Positions 61,566-64,000 of a stretch of 64,000 nucleotides of DNA are shown in pieces. Location of the stretch: contig DASCQF010000126.1 of assembly GCA_036012905.1 (NCBI GenBank), positions 13,165 to 77,164 of the forward strand, given 5' to 3'. Position 1 is the first letter of the stretch. Every line of letters starts with the position of its first letter. Source of the stretch: Vicinamibacterales bacterium (GTDB taxonomy: Bacteria; Acidobacteriota; Vicinamibacteria; Vicinamibacterales; UBA8438). Below the pieces are notes generated by a model. That model was not told the DNA's origin and searched no databases. It saw only the letters and a list, made by a program, of their open reading frames with translations. The position numbers and the translations under genes are program-made.

Positions 61566-62270
61566 ATGAAGGCACGAACAGCGTCGACAAGGCTTCTCGA
61601 CAGGCTCAAGAAACTGTGGATCCGTGTGCTAACTGGAGACTGTTTGAGGAAAACCAGGTTGCATACCTATTCGGGCAATTTGATCGATCTTCGCGGCATG
61701 CGGTACCTGCCGTCGTCGATGTGGTCAGTTTTTCTTTTGAAAGCTTTTGGATATCGTCTTCGCGTTCCCTGGCTTGGGTACCGCGCAGTGACGCATCTCG
61801 GCCATCTCGTGCGCCCGAATTGGAAGGTGCTCGAGTTCGGCTCTGGCATGTCTTCACTGTTCTTTGCGCGAGCGTGTTCTAACCTCGTTTCGGTGGAGTC
61901 TGACCAGAGCTGGCACGATCGCATGCAAGAAATGTTTTCAGAGGAGGGGATGAACAACATCGACTACAGGCTTTGCGATCCTGACTCCTACAATTCACAT
62001 CCTGACCTCCCGATCAACCACTTCGACTTGATCGTGATTGACGGAATGGCAAGAGACGTGTCGGCGCAAGTTGCGATTCAATTAGTGCGTCCGGGGGGGT
62101 ATATTTTTTACGACAATAGCGATGTTCCGTGGGAAGAGTACAGGAAGGCTCGCAACCTCTTGACCGCAGCAGCCGAGTCAAACGGAGTGACAATCTTCAA
62201 TGACTTCACTCCATTTCAAATCCAGGTAAACGAAAGCATGCTGGTCAAAATCAGTAAGCGGCAGCACTGA
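61566..62270 (+). CDS. putative class I SAM-dependent methyltransferase-like protein on a low-GC islet
   Basis: VLEFGSGMSSLFFA (motif I-like) and DLIVIDG. Local G+C is visibly far below the flanks, with runs such as TTTTTCTTTTGAAAGCTTTTGGATATCG. The start is set at MKARTAS. Confidence 0.55.
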   Translation: MKARTASTRLLDRLKKLWIRVLTGDCLRKTRLHTYSGNLIDLRGMRYLPSSMWSVFLLKAFGYRLRVPWLGYRAVTHLGHLVRPNWKVLEFGSGMSSLFFARACSNLVSVESDQSWHDRMQEMFSEEGMNNIDYRLCDPDSYNSHPDLPINHFDLIVIDGMARDVSAQVAIQLVRPGGYIFYDNSDVPWEEYRKARNLLTAAAESNGVTIFNDFTPFQIQVNESMLVKISKRQH

Positions 62271-62304
62271 GACCTTGGCGATGGCCATAGAGGTCAAGCC
62301 ACAC

Positions 62305-62500
62305 CTTAGTGGCCCCGGTCATGAATACGGTCGCATTCGGCCGCCGATGCATCCCACCCAGGCCGGCGTTGGGCTCTTGCTCAGCGGGGTCGAATACTGC
62401 CGGTATGCTCCCTCCTCGCGCCTACAGCGAGCCGAGCGCGGTATCCGCCGACTGGGCCCTCGTTGCGTGACCGTACTTATGACCGGGACCACTGAGAACG
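62305..62500. mobile_element. ~195-bp element with 25-bp terminal inverted repeats, copy B
   Basis: Left arm AGTGGCCCCGGTCATGAATACGGTC (62308-62332) matches the reverse complement of the right arm (62469-62493) at 22/25 positions. About 80-85% identical by eye to 31388-31583. It begins 8-15 nt downstream of the glcE stop. Confidence 0.7.
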
Positions 62501-62507
62501 GTCGTTC

Positions 62508-63791
62508 TCAATATCCGCCTGGTCCACGACCACAATTCAGCGTACCGGTCGGGTCAAAGCGACGCTTGACCTCCTGCATGGTCCGCAGACCGTCGCCAAC
62601 CGGACCCCACACGTCGACCAGCGCCTTCAGCTCGGGGTCGGTCCGCTGGATCACGGCACTACCCCGGCCGACCGGGAGCCGGTTGCGCAGCGCGGTGACC
62701 AACGCCGCCTGTTCAGGCACCGGGCCACTGAACCCAAGATACAGCACACCGAGACCGGCGCGGCCGGTCACCCGGTAGTCGAGCCGGCGCGTGCTCGTAG
62801 CGTCGTCTAGCCAGGCGAGGGTCGACGTCAGCTCGGCCGGCAGAACCACCAGCTTCACAATCGTGCCTTCCTGGTCGAACAGACGGGCATCGTGCGCGCG
62901 CCAGGCGGCGGTCTCTTCGTCACCCGTCAGGATCGTCGGTGTGCCACCTAGGCCCTTGGCCAGCGTGGCCGCCTGCTCCGCCTGCTCGAGCACAACCGCC
63001 TCGACCGACTCGAACCGGACGAGCATCGTCGTCGGCGGCAGCGCTAACTCCAGCGCGGTTGGCGTGGCGGCGTGGGCCAGGAGATCGTCGACGAACGGGC
63101 CGCACAGCGCGGCGTCTGAAAACTCGACCGCCACGGACCGCGAGGCCTCAGCCAGCGGCGCCAGCTTGAAGGTGGCGGTCAGGATGACGCCGAGACACCC
63201 GAACGAGCCGGTCATCAGCCGCGCCAGGTCATAGCCGGCTACGTTCTTCACGACGATACCGCCGGTCTTTGCCAACAGACCGTCGGCCCGCGCCAGGGTC
63301 ATGCCGATTATCAGGTCACGCGGCGCGCCGTGACGTTGGCGACGCGGCCCGCTGTCGTTGGTGGCGACAATCCCGCCAATGGTGGCTCGGTCGCCCCATG
63401 GCGGATCCAGCGGCAACCATTGACGGTGCCGGCTCAACACGGCATTCGTCTCGGCGAGCGTCGCGCCAGCCTGCACCGTGGCGGTCAGATCGCCGTGTCG
63501 ATGCACGTCCACGGCGTTCATTGCCGCGGTCGACACCACGAGGTCCACGGACTCGGGTGGTGGCCCCCAGCTCAACTTCGTACCGCCGCCCTGCACCAGT
63601 ACGGTCCGCCCGGTTTCGGTCGCCCAGGCGAGCATCGTCGACACCTCAGGAGCGTTCTGCGGTGTCGCGACGATGCCCGGTACGACACCGTCTATTGCGT
63701 CAGCCATCGACCCCGGTCGGGCAACCGCCGCACCGACTCGCGCGTCCACCTCGGCCACGAGGTCGTCGGGTGTGGATGACTGGCTCGGCAT
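62508..63791 (-). CDS. glcE: glycolate oxidase FAD-binding subunit (GlcE-like FAD-binding oxidoreductase)
   Basis: The FAD_binding_4-type N-terminal half has VLVQGGGTKLSWG. Its position directly after a GlcD C-terminus fits glcE. Confidence 0.8.
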   Translation of the reverse strand: MPSQSSTPDDLVAEVDARVGAAVARPGSMADAIDGVVPGIVATPQNAPEVSTMLAWATETGRTVLVQGGGTKLSWGPPPESVDLVVSTAAMNAVDVHRHGDLTATVQAGATLAETNAVLSRHRQWLPLDPPWGDRATIGGIVATNDSGPRRQRHGAPRDLIIGMTLARADGLLAKTGGIVVKNVAGYDLARLMTGSFGCLGVILTATFKLAPLAEASRSVAVEFSDAALCGPFVDDLLAHAATPTALELALPPTTMLVRFESVEAVVLEQAEQAATLAKGLGGTPTILTGDEETAAWRAHDARLFDQEGTIVKLVVLPAELTSTLAWLDDATSTRRLDYRVTGRAGLGVLYLGFSGPVPEQAALVTALRNRLPVGRGSAVIQRTDPELKALVDVWGPVGDGLRTMQEVKRRFDPTGTLNCGRGPGGY

Positions 63792-63818
63792 CGGTTATCC
63801 AGGAGTGCCCGGCACGTG

Positions 63819-64000
63819 TCAGAAGCGTTCGGCGAGACCGGCAATCTCCGCCGGGTGGGCGCGATACGGCCCGGGAACCTCTCCACACAGACGTGGGGTC
63901 GGAAACACCTTCCCGGGGTTGCAGAGCTGGTCGGGGTCGAACGCGACTCGAACGAGCTGCATCGTCTCCAGATCCTCGGCACTGAACATCTTCGGCATGT
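63819..64000 (-). CDS. glcD: glycolate oxidase subunit GlcD, C-terminal 59 codons (5' part outside window)
   Basis: Hand translation of the minus strand gives PKMFSAEDLETMQLVRVAFDPDQLCNPGKVFPTPRLCGEVPGPYRAHPAEIAGLAERF-stop. This is the conserved GlcD/D-lactate dehydrogenase C-terminus (NPGK.FP). Confidence 0.8.
   Translation of the reverse strand, partial: MPKMFSAEDLETMQLVRVAFDPDQLCNPGKVFPTPRLCGEVPGPYRAHPAEIAGLAERF

Overview
High-GC (roughly two-thirds G+C by eye) bacterial chromosomal segment. It is densely coded, with about 70 supportable CDS and one tRNA. There are no rRNA genes, CRISPR arrays, transposases or phage genes. The phylum cannot be fixed from this window alone.

Most of the content is housekeeping:
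- ispG, then the uppS-cdsA-dxr-rseP envelope/isoprenoid cluster.
- A near-complete pyrimidine set: pyrE, then pyrR-pyrB-pyrC divergent from pyrK-pyrD-pyrF, with a PyrR-type RNA leader.
- Queuosine genes queC, queE and queA.
- A tRNA(CAU)-tilS-ftsH-folP-cdaA-cdaR-glmM string.
- yebC-ruvC-ruvA-ruvB and fabH.
- A gldA/F/G-like ABC cassette with a DUF4340 gene and dacB.
- Glycolate oxidase glcD/E/F.

The stand-out accessory feature is a compact bacterial microcompartment (BMC) locus at about 31.6-33.8 kb. It has one BMC-H, three BMC-P and a class II aldolase with a C-terminal encapsulation-peptide-like helix. No BMC-T is present, and nothing in the 64 kb resembles the usual aldehyde dehydrogenase, phosphotransacylase or kinase core.

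Two repeat systems are not explained by genes:
- A dispersed family of heptamer-periodic intergenic arrays (unit CTGMCTY, often preceded by a GGCGAAGCC...GGCTTC hairpin head). There are at least 13 copies, plus GGCTACR and GGGATTY variants that form inverted pairs.
- A ~195-bp element with 25-bp terminal inverted repeats, in two copies. One sits between the BMC operon and a 2-hydroxyacid dehydrogenase, the other just downstream of glcE.

Other notable items:
- A Tat-signal ThDP enzyme inside a block of exported proteins.
- A low-GC methyltransferase-like islet that breaks glcDE from an inverted glcF.
- An orphan LysW-like zinc-ribbon protein.
- A degenerate receiver-PilZ protein.

All calls rest on reading the translations and the DNA. 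No database search was run.
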